A DNA stretch of 63,622 nucleotides, counting the filler, from Asterionella formosa (Eukaryota), in assembly GCA_002256025.1 (NCBI GenBank). It is 27 parts of 27 records of this genome, joined end to end, with 100 filler letters (N's around TTAATTAATTAA, not from the genome) between each part and the next. Parts side by side here need not be neighbours in the genome. Positions count along the whole stretch, not along the records: positions 1 to 1,070 come from NKIB01004533.1; positions 1,171 to 2,240 come from NKIB01004534.1; positions 2,341 to 3,410 come from NKIB01004535.1; positions 3,511 to 4,580 come from NKIB01004536.1; positions 4,681 to 5,750 come from NKIB01004537.1; positions 5,851 to 6,920 come from NKIB01004538.1; positions 7,021 to 8,090 come from NKIB01004539.1; positions 8,191 to 9,260 come from NKIB01004540.1; 19 more parts are not named here. One strand, written 5' to 3'. Every line of letters begins with the position of its first letter. Within the stretch, counting starts at the first letter, position 1. This document shows, in pieces, positions 1-10,109 of the stretch. The notes under the pieces were generated by a model. That model was not told the DNA's origin. It worked only from the letters and a program-made list of their open reading frames with translations, and ran no database searches. The translations under genes were made by a program, and so were the position numbers.

Positions 1-687
1 GCGCCCCATCAAGGGCTTACCGGCCTTGGTCAGCCATTTGATGGCTTCGAGTGCCATCATCGAGCCCACCACGCCCGTCAAAGCCCCAACAATGCCCATC
101 TCCGCGCAGGATTCTGCTTGGGGTGGGACTTCGGGCACAAAGCAGCGGTAGCAGGGCAAGGCTTGACCGTGCGGATCGGTCTTACTGAGGCCAGAGCCAA
201 AGACCGCCACTTGCCCATCCCAGCGCCCAACAGCACCCGACACCAAGGGAATGCCCAGTCCATGGCAGGCTGCATTGACGGCAAAACGGGTTTGAAACTG
301 GTCGGTGCCGTCCAACACAAGGTCAGCACCGGCAATCAAGCGCTCAGCATTGCTTTCATCCAAGCGCTGCACCTGCACTTCCACTTCAATCGCGGGGTCC
401 AAATGCTGGATCGCGGCTTGGCCAGCGCGGACTTTATCGACGCCCACATCTTCGGTTTTGAACAGGATTTGTCGCTGCAGATTGGACAGCTCCACCACAT
501 CGGGATCAATCAGGATCAAGCGACCAACCCCTGCGGCGGCCAAATAAAGCGCCGCGGGTGCCCCCAAGCCGCCCACGCCAACCAGCGCCACAGTCGCCTC
601 TGCCAGCCGCTTCTGCCCGGGACCACCAATCTCTTTAAGGAGAATGTGCCGAGCATGCCGGTCGAGTCGGACATTACCTGTTTTCAT
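1..687 (-). CDS. moeB: MoeB/ThiF/HesA-family adenylyltransferase, bacterial, 3'-partial
   Basis: Manual minus-strand translation from ATG at 687: MKTGNVRLDRHARHILLKEIGGPGQKRLAEATVALVGVGGLGAPAALYLAAAGVGRLILIDPDVVELSNLQRQ...CYRCFVPE...GVVGSMMALEAIK. Contains GxGGLG, SNLQRQ and CxxC motifs. It is missing from the ORF track because it runs off the window. moeB versus thiF is not resolved. Confidence 0.9.
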   Translation of the reverse strand, partial: MKTGNVRLDRHARHILLKEIGGPGQKRLAEATVALVGVGGLGAPAALYLAAAGVGRLILIDPDVVELSNLQRQILFKTEDVGVDKVRAGQAAIQHLDPAIEVEVQVQRLDESNAERLIAGADLVLDGTDQFQTRFAVNAACHGLGIPLVSGAVGRWDGQVAVFGSGLSKTDPHGQALPCYRCFVPEVPPQAESCAEMGIVGALTGVVGSMMALEAIKWLTKAGKPLMGR

Positions 688-742
688 AGCGCCATGATGA
701 CCGCCTCGGCGCACGATGGCAAGATCGGCGTTCGGGTGTAAA

Positions 743-906
743 GCCCCTCTCCCTCTGGGGTCGACCTATAGGTCGACGGACGGGGGTGAGGGCTTACACT
801 CACCTTGATGACGCGCGCGTTGCGGAGCTTTCATTGCACGGAGCAACGCGCCCTTGCGCAACGACCCCCTCACCCCCGACCCCTCTCCCCGGTGGGGCGA
901 GGGGAG
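743..906. repeat. Two REP-like GC-rich palindromic intergenic elements
   Basis: CCCCTCTCCCTCTGGG-GTCGACCTATAGGTCGAC-GGACGGGGGTGAGGG (743-792) and CCCCCTCACCCCCGACCCCTCTCCCCGGTGGGGCGAGGGGAG (864-906), in inverted relation to each other. They resemble proteobacterial CCCTCACCC..CCCTCTCCC..GGGAGAGGG repeats. Confidence 0.65.
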
Positions 907-1070
907 TACGAATAGATAAAAACTTATCCCCCTCCCACTAGAGCCCGGATAGCATAGCCCCATCTCCGACGAGAGGGCGTTGTTGCTGCAGCGGTGACAC
1001 CGGTTGGAGGATGGTAAGCGGGACTAATCGAGGTTGAAGTGGCGACCTCGTGTTTCATAGGGATTAGCTG

Positions 1071-1170
1071 NNNNNNNNNNNNNNNNNNNNNNNNNNNNNN
1101 NNNNNNNNNNNNNNTTAATTAATTAANNNNNNNNNNNNNNNNNNNNNNNNNNNNNNNNNNNNNNNNNNNN
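1071..1170. other. Artificial contig spacer (N-run TTAATTAATTAA N-run); first of about 25 in the window
   Basis: An identical 100-nt spacer with stops in all six frames recurs throughout, and flanking sequences are unrelated. Confidence 0.98.
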
Positions 1171-2240
1171 CAGCTCTCGCAATTTGGCCATTCATCCAAT
1201 TTGTCTGATTGCAGAAAACAGAGGGGAAACCTGTAATTTTGTTACCTTCAAGATGAATGTTGAGTCCTGGAAGGTCGTTAATACCCGCTGGAACCACTCC
1301 ACTGAGTTGATTATGAGCAAGAAAAACATTTATTGATGCTTGTGCTGAGGCGTTTAGGAAGCTAGCTGGAATCTCTCCAGTGAGATCGTTCCCGTCAAGG
1401 TACAATCCTCTCAAATTAGGGACATAATCGAACGCAGGGAGGGGACCTGACAGTCTTGGACCTGGCTTGGTTCGTCGATAAACCGAAAGAACTTGGAGAG
1501 CATCAAGAGAGGAAAAATGAGATGGAATAGAACCCGAGATGAGATTCTCAGAAAGGACCATGTTCTCAAGAGAAGTCATTAATCCGACTTCAGACGGAAT
1601 AGTGCCGCTGAAGTCGTTGTCAAGAGCGTAAAAGTCAGTAAGTGATGTTAAGCCTCCAACAGCTGGTGATATTGAACCAGAAAAAAAATTGCCATTCATG
1701 TATAGGGCTTTAAGTGTAGACGATAAATCAAATAGCTCACTAGGAAGTGGGCCTGTCAGCCCACAATTCGAAATATGCAACTCGACGAGATTCTCCGCGT
1801 TTGATATGCCATTAAGATTGTCCACCCAGGTACCAGACAAATCTAGAAGTTCCAGTTTCTTAGCATTTTCCAATCCATCGAAGGTTACGATGAGATCAGA
1901 GTTAAATGACACTTCCATGGACTTGAGCATCGGTAGTGTGTATACTTCGGAAGGAAGTGTTCCGACGAGATTATTGAAAGACAGCGAAATCCCCGTTACA
2001 TCTGCAACTCCTATGTCGTCTAGAGTTCCACCATCACATGTAATGCCCTCCCAACTACAGATGGGTTTTTCCGAATTCCAATTATCTTTGAAATTCCAAT
2101 TTGCGCCTCCAGTGTTCCTGTAAAGCTTAAACAACACCTCCTTTTCGGGGGAAACGTCTTTGCAACTCATCTGTCCCCACAAGGCTGCTGTCGCCACATG
2201 GCTGCATACGTCACAAGGCTGTTCCATTGTTGACTGTCTT
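1171..2240 (-). CDS. Leucine-rich-repeat (plant-type LRR, receptor-like) protein, internal fragment
   Basis: LRRNT-like cap (LYRNTGGANW...ICSWEGITC) followed by many LxLxxNxLxGxIP repeats. Confidence 0.9.
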
Positions 2241-2559
2241 NNNNNNNNNNNNNNNNNNNNNNNNNNNNNNNNNNNNNNNNNNNNTTAATTAATTAANNNN
2301 NNNNNNNNNNNNNNNNNNNNNNNNNNNNNNNNNNNNNNNNGTTGCATTATGGTTTACGGGCCAAAAAGGGCCTGATGGAGGGGACGAAATAGATGATTGG
2401 TTCGTTTTGTTGTGTGGAACCGTTAAATTTTTGGCGATGGTTCAAAGTAGATAAAACAACCATACAACATATATCAAACCCTATTCTAATGGTGATACTA
2501 ATGTGTTATCATCGAATTCCCGCAAATTCTGTGCTGTCTGTCCTCTCAAATACAATTGT

Positions 2560-3380
2560 GAAGAAAGAATTGAAGCGATTAAATTAATCGCATATCGCAA
2601 ACGTTCTACATATCGTAAATTAGCAGTTGTTCTTGCCCTTCCCAAGTCAACAGTTATTTGAATTGCAAAGGATAACAGACACAAAGTAATTTTTCCACAC
2701 ACAAGTGCGGTCAAGCCGATGCTTTCAGAGGAGGGTAAGATTAGTCGTTTTTAATGTACTACTGTGTTAACCATTTACAATCAAACCATCAAGATCAAGA
2801 GCGTTGCCCCTTACATTGATTTTGATCCTGAACTGTTTGGATATTACGATGTCTTCTACAACCATGTCCATATTGACGAAAAATGGTTCTTTTTTCCATA
2901 AGAAAAGTTGAAAATATATCTGGCTCATGGAGAAGAGGCTCCCACCAGGCGAACAAGACATAAGGACCATATCGAAAAGGTTATGTTCCTTTTGGCTGTG
3001 ACTCATCCGCGTTTTGACAATGATAAGGTTTGCATGGCACGTTTGATGGTAAATTTGGAATTTGGCCATTTGTGCACCAAGTAGCAGCGCAAAGAAGTTC
3101 AATTTATCGACCAGCAGGGACAATGGAAACGAAGTCACTCCCAGTGACAAAACTGTCATATGCTGACATGATTCTTAATAATGTTTTACCTATGATCAAA
3201 GCAAAGTGGCCTGATGGAAACAAACGAATTTATCTACAGCACAACAATGCTTCAACACATTGTTCCGATTTTGCTCCCTTTGTGGCAGCTGCAACAGATT
3301 CTAACAGATGAAGAATGGGATATTCGATTGACTAAGCAAACAGCGAACATTCCGGATTTGAATATCAACGATCTATCAAA
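2560..3380 (+). pseudogene. Degenerate Tc1/mariner (plant-type DD39D-like) transposase
   Basis: Motifs spread across frames: HVHIDEKWFF, HIEKVMFLLAV..PRFD, FDGKFGIWPFV..AAQRSSIYRPAGTMETK, VLPMIKAKWP, IYLQHNNA (second catalytic D changed to N) and PDLNINDL. Interrupted by stops and frameshifts. Confidence 0.85.
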
Positions 3381-4387
3381 GTAGAAAAAGTCGAAAATTG
3401 TATTTTTCAANNNNNNNNNNNNNNNNNNNNNNNNNNNNNNNNNNNNNNNNNNNNTTAATTAATTAANNNNNNNNNNNNNNNNNNNNNNNNNNNNNNNNNN
3501 NNNNNNNNNNGGCATTTATGATGGCTTTCGACGGGACCGCCTGGATTCGAGGAGACGATATTACTAAAGTCGAGCAATAGGCATGAGAAAAACTTTTTTT
3601 GCGCAGTGGCTGACTCGATTCTTGCTTTTCTTCAAAAGCATACCTGCCGTTAGTAACACCCATTTTTGTTTGGAAACAAGAGTGACTACCGGAACTAAGG
3701 TTCATGTGCGATGCAGAGTTTCTCCAGTTTTTACTACCAAGTGTTTCAGTTAGTGTTCGTTAACTCTTGCATTACACCTATCCGTATACTTTAAACTGTG
3801 CATGGCGATGGCATCAACCCCTTGTTACCACTGGTCCAAGAATAGGTGGGCAAGGTAACTTTAGAACACTGTACTGGTGCCAGGGGGGTACCTAAAATGA
3901 AGTAGGTCTACCAATGTTGAATTTTATTCGTCATGTATCTACGTATGGCTGATATCATTTGTTTGTTGTTTATCGTCGTTGAGTTATTGGCAGCGTCTTG
4001 TCGTCGCCTTCCCAGTCAGCCATCACCACATCACCATCATACGATATGTAGCGGCATCTATGTTTAGCTTTGTATAAGTCGTCCAGCAGGCAGTACATCC
4101 ATCGTCCGGAATAAATATACCAGTATATGTGTGTTTGTCCTGCTGCTGCACCATGAAGTATATCTACATATACTGTCATATCTCCTTTATATTTACTACT
4201 CCACTAATTATAAGAATTTATATTTTGGCGTATAGGAAGTGCATTTTTTTTATTCATTGCACTTACCAGTAATTATTAATTTATCTTGACTCCTTTCTAT
4301 CACCAAACAAATAAATATACAAATCATTGATCTCGACTCGTCGTTGTCCGTGACTTTGAGATTGAAAAGCATAGCTTGTCCTCCCAA

Positions 4388-4580
4388 ATGGAATTCAATC
4401 AAGTTGGCGTTCCGCAAGTTGGGGCTGTCATCCCAGGCACCAATCCAGCCACATCGGCATGCTTCCACGCGGATGGTGTTCATTTGTTTGTGGCTTCCGA
4501 AGCCGATAGTCGCCTTCGAGTGATTGATTGTCAAAAGGGACTTTCAGAACAACCTGCGATTCGTTGCGAGAGGGAGGGAG
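4388..4580 (+). CDS. WD40 protein N-terminus, WDR82/Swd2-like (3'-partial)
   Basis: MEFNQVG...ATSACFHADGVHLFVASEADSRLRVIDCQKG is a WD40-like blade. The family assignment is tentative. Confidence 0.5.
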
Positions 4581-4680
4581 NNNNNNNNNNNNNNNNNNNN
4601 NNNNNNNNNNNNNNNNNNNNNNNNTTAATTAATTAANNNNNNNNNNNNNNNNNNNNNNNNNNNNNNNNNNNNNNNNNNNN

Positions 4681-4983
4681 CTCTTCCTCTTCTTGATAGT
4701 CCTCTTCAGCCTCGTCGTCTTCCTCGCCGGGAAAGTCAAAACCATCGTCCTCTTCGTCGTCGTCTTCGTCTCGTTCGAGTTGCTTGCGACGACTGCTACT
4801 GCTACTGGGAGTAGGCTTGCTTGGTTTGGATCGACTTGTGGCAGTCTGACTCGCATTCGGGGGTTTGCGCGCCGCCGACGACGGCGGTCGTGAAGGCTTC
4901 TTGGCCTCCGCTAAGTTTCGCTCATCGCTGGCTAGGCTAGCCAGCAATACAAACAATGCGCATGCTGATGGAAGAATCCTCAT
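4681..4983 (-). CDS. Secreted/ER protein N-terminus (signal peptide, Ser/Pro-rich then acidic), 3'-partial
   Basis: MRILPSACALFVLLASLAS hydrophobic leader followed by low-complexity and acidic tracts. Confidence 0.65.
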
Positions 4984-7020
4984 GGCTCGGAACTATACAG
5001 CGACGAGACGCGGCTTGCTTCTTGCTGTGTAAAATGAAAAGCCTGTTGCGGATTTTCTTGGCCCTGTTTCTGGGTATACTACTAGTGGTAGTTGGAATAC
5101 CGGTACCAGGGGGTACCTGGTACCTGGTAGGAGGCATCGTGAATGGGCGAGCATGTACTCCGTACTATTTGTCAACCGGTCGTAGTTACGAATAAAATAC
5201 TCTCAGCTCAGAGAGTACTCGTACAACTCCAGTACCAGGTACCTTGTACATCAAATAATTGCAACTCGGAGTGAAGGTTGAGCAACGCACCAGTACGGTA
5301 TTCTACGTACAGTAGTGTATCTGTCTGTTGTAATTATTTATCCTTTGACTGTACCAGGTACTGTATTGAACGGAGATTAGATTGCCATCATCATGATGTG
5401 ATGGCCGACCACATCCAAGTGGAAGTGCATGGTAGGAGAATAGGCTCCACGTGTCATTTTTGCAGCTCCATGCCTCATCGTACAAATGTTCCCCCTTGTG
5501 ACGACGAGGCCTGTACTTTGGCTATACAGTATCCAATTTATTTAAAGGGTCATTTTCAAAATAGCTGCAGTATGGAGGGATTATGAGCCTATGATCCAAG
5601 AAACGGGTTCAACTCTGATATGGTATGGTACCTGGTAACCAGGTAGTGGTACTGGTACCCAGGGTAATTGCTAATATGAGTCGTGCCCATTACTAGAACG
5701 AACGTTAATATAAATGCTGCAATACCATGTTTGTCTAAACTATGAGCGTANNNNNNNNNNNNNNNNNNNNNNNNNNNNNNNNNNNNNNNNNNNNTTAATT
5801 AATTAANNNNNNNNNNNNNNNNNNNNNNNNNNNNNNNNNNNNNNNNNNNNAGTACAAAATGAATGTTGGCGAGGAGGACCGTCCGCGCCAGTTTTCTTAA
5901 CGAAAAGCAGCTGCTGGAATGAAAGGAACAAAATATCACATTCATGGTAAAATGAAATTATTGTTCTTGTTATTGTTATTGTTGTCGTTTTTGTCGTCTT
6001 TTCTGCTATCATGGTTGTCTTCTCGTTTTCGTTACCGCTGTCCATGCTGTTTCTGCTGTCATTTTTCTTGTTCTTATTCTATTGTTCTTTCGTTATGGTT
6101 ACTGTGGCTGTAAAACCTTCTCTTCCTTGGTGTTCCTCGCCCTGCGTTTGAACTTGAACATGCATTGTTTGATATGGAATGTAAAAAGGTCTTGTTTGTT
6201 AAAAACCAGCCATCATCTGACTCTGTGAATCTTGTTCTTCGCTTCCAGATAACAAGAAGGATTCTGTTGTGGGCCGGTTCCTCTGGAAGAAACAGGCAGG
6301 CATTTTTTGTTTCTCCTTGCTTGGTGTCATCACAGAAAGGATGCATCTGAAAGTTCGAGAAATTATGGTAAGCAGTTAAAATTTTGGGAAATGGAAACAG
6401 GTCTTTTGTCACATTGCTGTTGTTCTTTTTGTTGTTGCTCTGCACCGTCGCTCGTTTTCTTCGTCTTGTGTTTGGAAATATGTTTGATTGCTGTTGTAGT
6501 TCCCTTACCTCCATTTCGTTCTTCCTCTTACTTGTGCCGTTCGGAATTGGAAAAGTGGTCAGTCATGAACATACTCTGCGAACCTTTTTCTTTTTCTACA
6601 GACAATCAATCTGTTTTTGGCAGGGCAGGGTTGAACCTTGGGAATAATGAAATGCGTCGTGCTCTGCCTGTGTCAGGATGGCTATCCTGTGTCAGGCAGG
6701 CTATCAATCATTTGTTATTTACATTGTTGAAAGGATTCCTCTGGTGCATAGGGGACAACTGTATACATGGTAAGCAAGTGCAATGTTTTCTTGCCTTCTG
6801 CTGATATTGTTTGCTGTTGCTTGTTGTGGGCAGATCTCCTCTCCTATTCTCCTTCGTCTTTGTTCGGAATTGTTAGCGCAGGCATTGCCTATTTGTAATG
6901 AATTAGAAGAAGGGCTTGATNNNNNNNNNNNNNNNNNNNNNNNNNNNNNNNNNNNNNNNNNNNNTTAATTAATTAANNNNNNNNNNNNNNNNNNNNNNNN
7001 NNNNNNNNNNNNNNNNNNNN

Positions 7021-7549
7021 TGCTACCCTGCAGACCGGTTTTCGTCACCCTGTTGTTTTCATTCACAGCCAAGTTCTGTAGTGCTCCACAACCATTTTCT
7101 TGCACAGTAGCATTGGAGGAATGATTCTTCATTGCAGACAGAATCGTGGTGATACCTCCCGCTTCAGAAATCGTCACTCTGTTGTTTTCATTCACAGCCA
7201 AGGTTTGCAGTGCTGCACAACCATTTTCTTGCACAGTAGCATTGGAGGAATGAGTCTTCATTGCAGACAGAATCGTAGTGATACCTCCTGCATCAGCAAT
7301 TTTCACTTTGTTGTTTTCATTATTATAAGCCAAGTTCCGAAGCTCCATGAGACCTTCTTCTTGAATGTTAGCATTCCGTTCATTCATTCTCATCTTTGAA
7401 AGAATTTTAGCAATCGGAGACGGAATTGAAGTGGTTGGAATTTGGGTTGAAGGCTGAGATTGTGGTGCTGGCAAAGAAGGAGACTGCTGAGGCATTGGAG
7501 TCACTGGAGCAGTAGGACCTTGGGTACATCTAGGTGCAATATTCGCCAT
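7021..7549 (-). CDS. Armadillo-repeat protein with near-identical 42-aa repeats (3'-partial)
   Basis: Repeats of GGITTILSAMKxHSSNATVQENGCxALQxLAVNENNRV with a 126-bp DNA period. Confidence 0.85.
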
Positions 7550-8190
7550 GTTTGATTTCTGTTTAATCTCTCCCACGTGTGTTTTAAATACGCCTTTTTC
7601 TTTGTTGTGGTCGTGTTTGTAATTCTATGTAGAGTCCTTCCCTATTTTACGGGAAATAGTTTCCGTTCCACCTCATGTCGTTCAATTCTACATGCAAGGT
7701 CCAAAATTCATTCAGTCACACCGGAACTTTTGTCCCTCATCCATGTATGAATGTATATATGTATGTATGCATTATATCATACACACATTTTAAGTAATAT
7801 GCCGGTAGTGGTGATGAAAGGGCTTTTGGGATAATTGAATTTATGTATAAAAAGTGTAATAATTAAGGTTCCTGCATTTGAACCCCTAGGCAAAAATTAA
7901 AATATTGCTTAGGGTTGCCGAAATTCCCTGGAACTAAGAATTTTTATGAGTTAATTTTGAATGACGTGATTCCAATTGAAATATTTGAATCACTGGAAAT
8001 TTGCGCGTACATACATAGATTCCTTTTCGAATTCAATAAATATATACATAAACGTTCTCCATCGCTCAATGTTTATATACCCTATCATACNNNNNNNNNN
8101 NNNNNNNNNNNNNNNNNNNNNNNNNNNNNNNNNNTTAATTAATTAANNNNNNNNNNNNNNNNNNNNNNNNNNNNNNNNNNNNNNNNNNNN

Positions 8191-9260
8191 GGTGCAAACG
8201 AGTCGGTAAAATCAACACCGGGGATTTGAACATATCCCTTGACAACCACACGTGCCTTATAGCGTGTAGTCAAGTCTTGTTCCTTCTTTTTCTTGAAGAC
8301 CCATCGACTCCCAAGCGGCTTGCGTCCATGCAATTCTGATCTTGGGAATTTTGACCAGACTTTTCGTTTTATAAAAATATTAATTTCACTTTTGATTGCT
8401 GGAATCCATTTTTCTCTGTCATCTGCTTTCAGTGCCGCACTGTAGGTCTTGGGTTCACCTGGATCTGATGCAAGTGTAGAGCTGTAGATGTAATGAACCT
8501 CCATGGATGAAGTAGGCTTAGAATCCAGATCATCATCGTCATCTACAATAGTATGCAATCTTCCAGAACGTAGTGTAGACATCGTTGGAGCAGTTTCATG
8601 ACCAAGTTTCTTGAGCTCTCGTTCAGCTCTTGTAATAGCAGGTTTTGAAGTATTTGAAGCTTCATTCCTCCCTGCTTCAGAGACCTGCAAGTCATTAAGA
8701 GTCGAAAGTGATCCAGTCTCATCATCTGGGATGACAGTCAGAGTTGGCGCAACAGGTTGGTCAAGTTCCTCCTCAAACTCAATTTCATCAATCCCAGTCT
8801 TGAACATGGTCAGATCATCAGTAGGTTTCGTTTCTCCATGCCATTCAATCCATTTTACATCACGGCTCTGAATCACCTTCTTGGTTATAGGGTTAAAGAG
8901 TCGGTAGGTATCACCTGAGTGGTTTTCAGAGTATCCAATCATGACACATTTAATTGCTTTATCATCAAGCTTATTCACAGGAGTTCTTATGGTGACATAT
9001 CCAATTCGTCCAAATTGGATCAAGTGTTCATAGATTGTAGGTTGTTTCCCATACCATAGCCAATCAGGGCACTTGATATTTCTTGAATTCGAAACCACAT
9101 TTGTCACTCGAGTCATTGTGTTGGCACATTCTGCCCAAAGAAGTCCTTGAAACTCATCATTTAGCTTTGCATTGATCATAGCAGCACAGCTTCTATCACG
9201 TATGGTGACAAACTTGCGCTCAACAACACCGTTCTGCTGAGGTGTATTTGGTGCTGTGTA
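8191..9260 (-). mobile_element. Ty1/copia pol fragment (integrase C-terminus to reverse transcriptase N-terminus)
   Basis: TPQQNGVVER, LWAECANT, KLDDKAIKCVMIGY, EPKTY, RWVFKKK, YKARVVVKGYVQIPGVDFTDSFA; integrase-before-RT order. Confidence 0.95.
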
Positions 9261-9360
9261 NNNNNNNNNNNNNNNNNNNNNNNNNNNNNNNNNNNNNNNN
9301 NNNNTTAATTAATTAANNNNNNNNNNNNNNNNNNNNNNNNNNNNNNNNNNNNNNNNNNNN

Positions 9361-9431
9361 ACAACAACAACAACAACAAGCAACAACAAGCAACAACAAG
9401 CAACAACAAGCAACAACAAGCAACAACAAGC

Positions 9432-9462
<31 letters not shown>
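9361..9462. repeat. (CAA)n / (CAACAACAAG)n microsatellite
   Basis: Directly visible at the contig start. Confidence 0.95.
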
Positions 9463-9463
<1 letters not shown>

Positions 9464-10109
9464 GAGATCAATGCTACATACCTTTTGCAGGGAAATGAGT
9501 GGAGGGCAATATACTGGAATATGTAACAAAGAATTTGCATCAATTTATGTGTGTGTCACAACTTTTTACTCCTAATTATTATATGCAGAAGTAAATCTAT
9601 ACTAAGGCCTGCATATCTTACTTTATTGATCTTCAGGTTGCAACCAGCAGCCATAGCTACAGTCTTGTAGTCTGCCTGCACCGCCTGCGGTACATGCAAG
9701 GAACAACCCCTGTTGTCGATGTCTGTCAGGCATCACTCTTCGCCAGCTCTGCTCAGGAAAGAATGCATACCATCGTCATACTAACTGGTGGTCCAGTACA
9801 GGAAAGAAGGATTTTTCTTGCTCGTACGTACTAGTTATGTGCATCATACCAGGGTACCAGGTACTGAATTGCCCGCATCACTACCGGTATGTATGAAAAA
9901 ATCAAGGTATACGTGGAAACAAGCAATCATACATACAAATATCTACGTACGGTACCAGGTACCTGGTAGACTACTTTACTTTTATCTCGTAGTACCTGGT
10001 ACTGTGCAGGAATATTTCTTATCGGCGCACAATGTTAGTCTAGTCTTGTTATACCGCGACGGTGTCGATGTAAAATTGAACTCATATGACAACATGACTG
10101 ACAGACAAT

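Noticed and set aside
118..741. 207-aa plus-strand ORF
   Set aside because: It is the antisense shadow of the minus-strand moeB/thiF gene.
5851..6920. Possible genes or TE relics in this contig (likewise 48539-49607, 50877-51224, 53213-54280 and 56717-57784)
   Set aside because: Only short or interrupted ORFs without motifs I can assign; left unannotated.
9305..9543. Poly-Leu/poly-Cys ORFs (also 26340-26564 and the YHVPRT/RYRYRY ORFs)
   Set aside because: They are translations of microsatellites.
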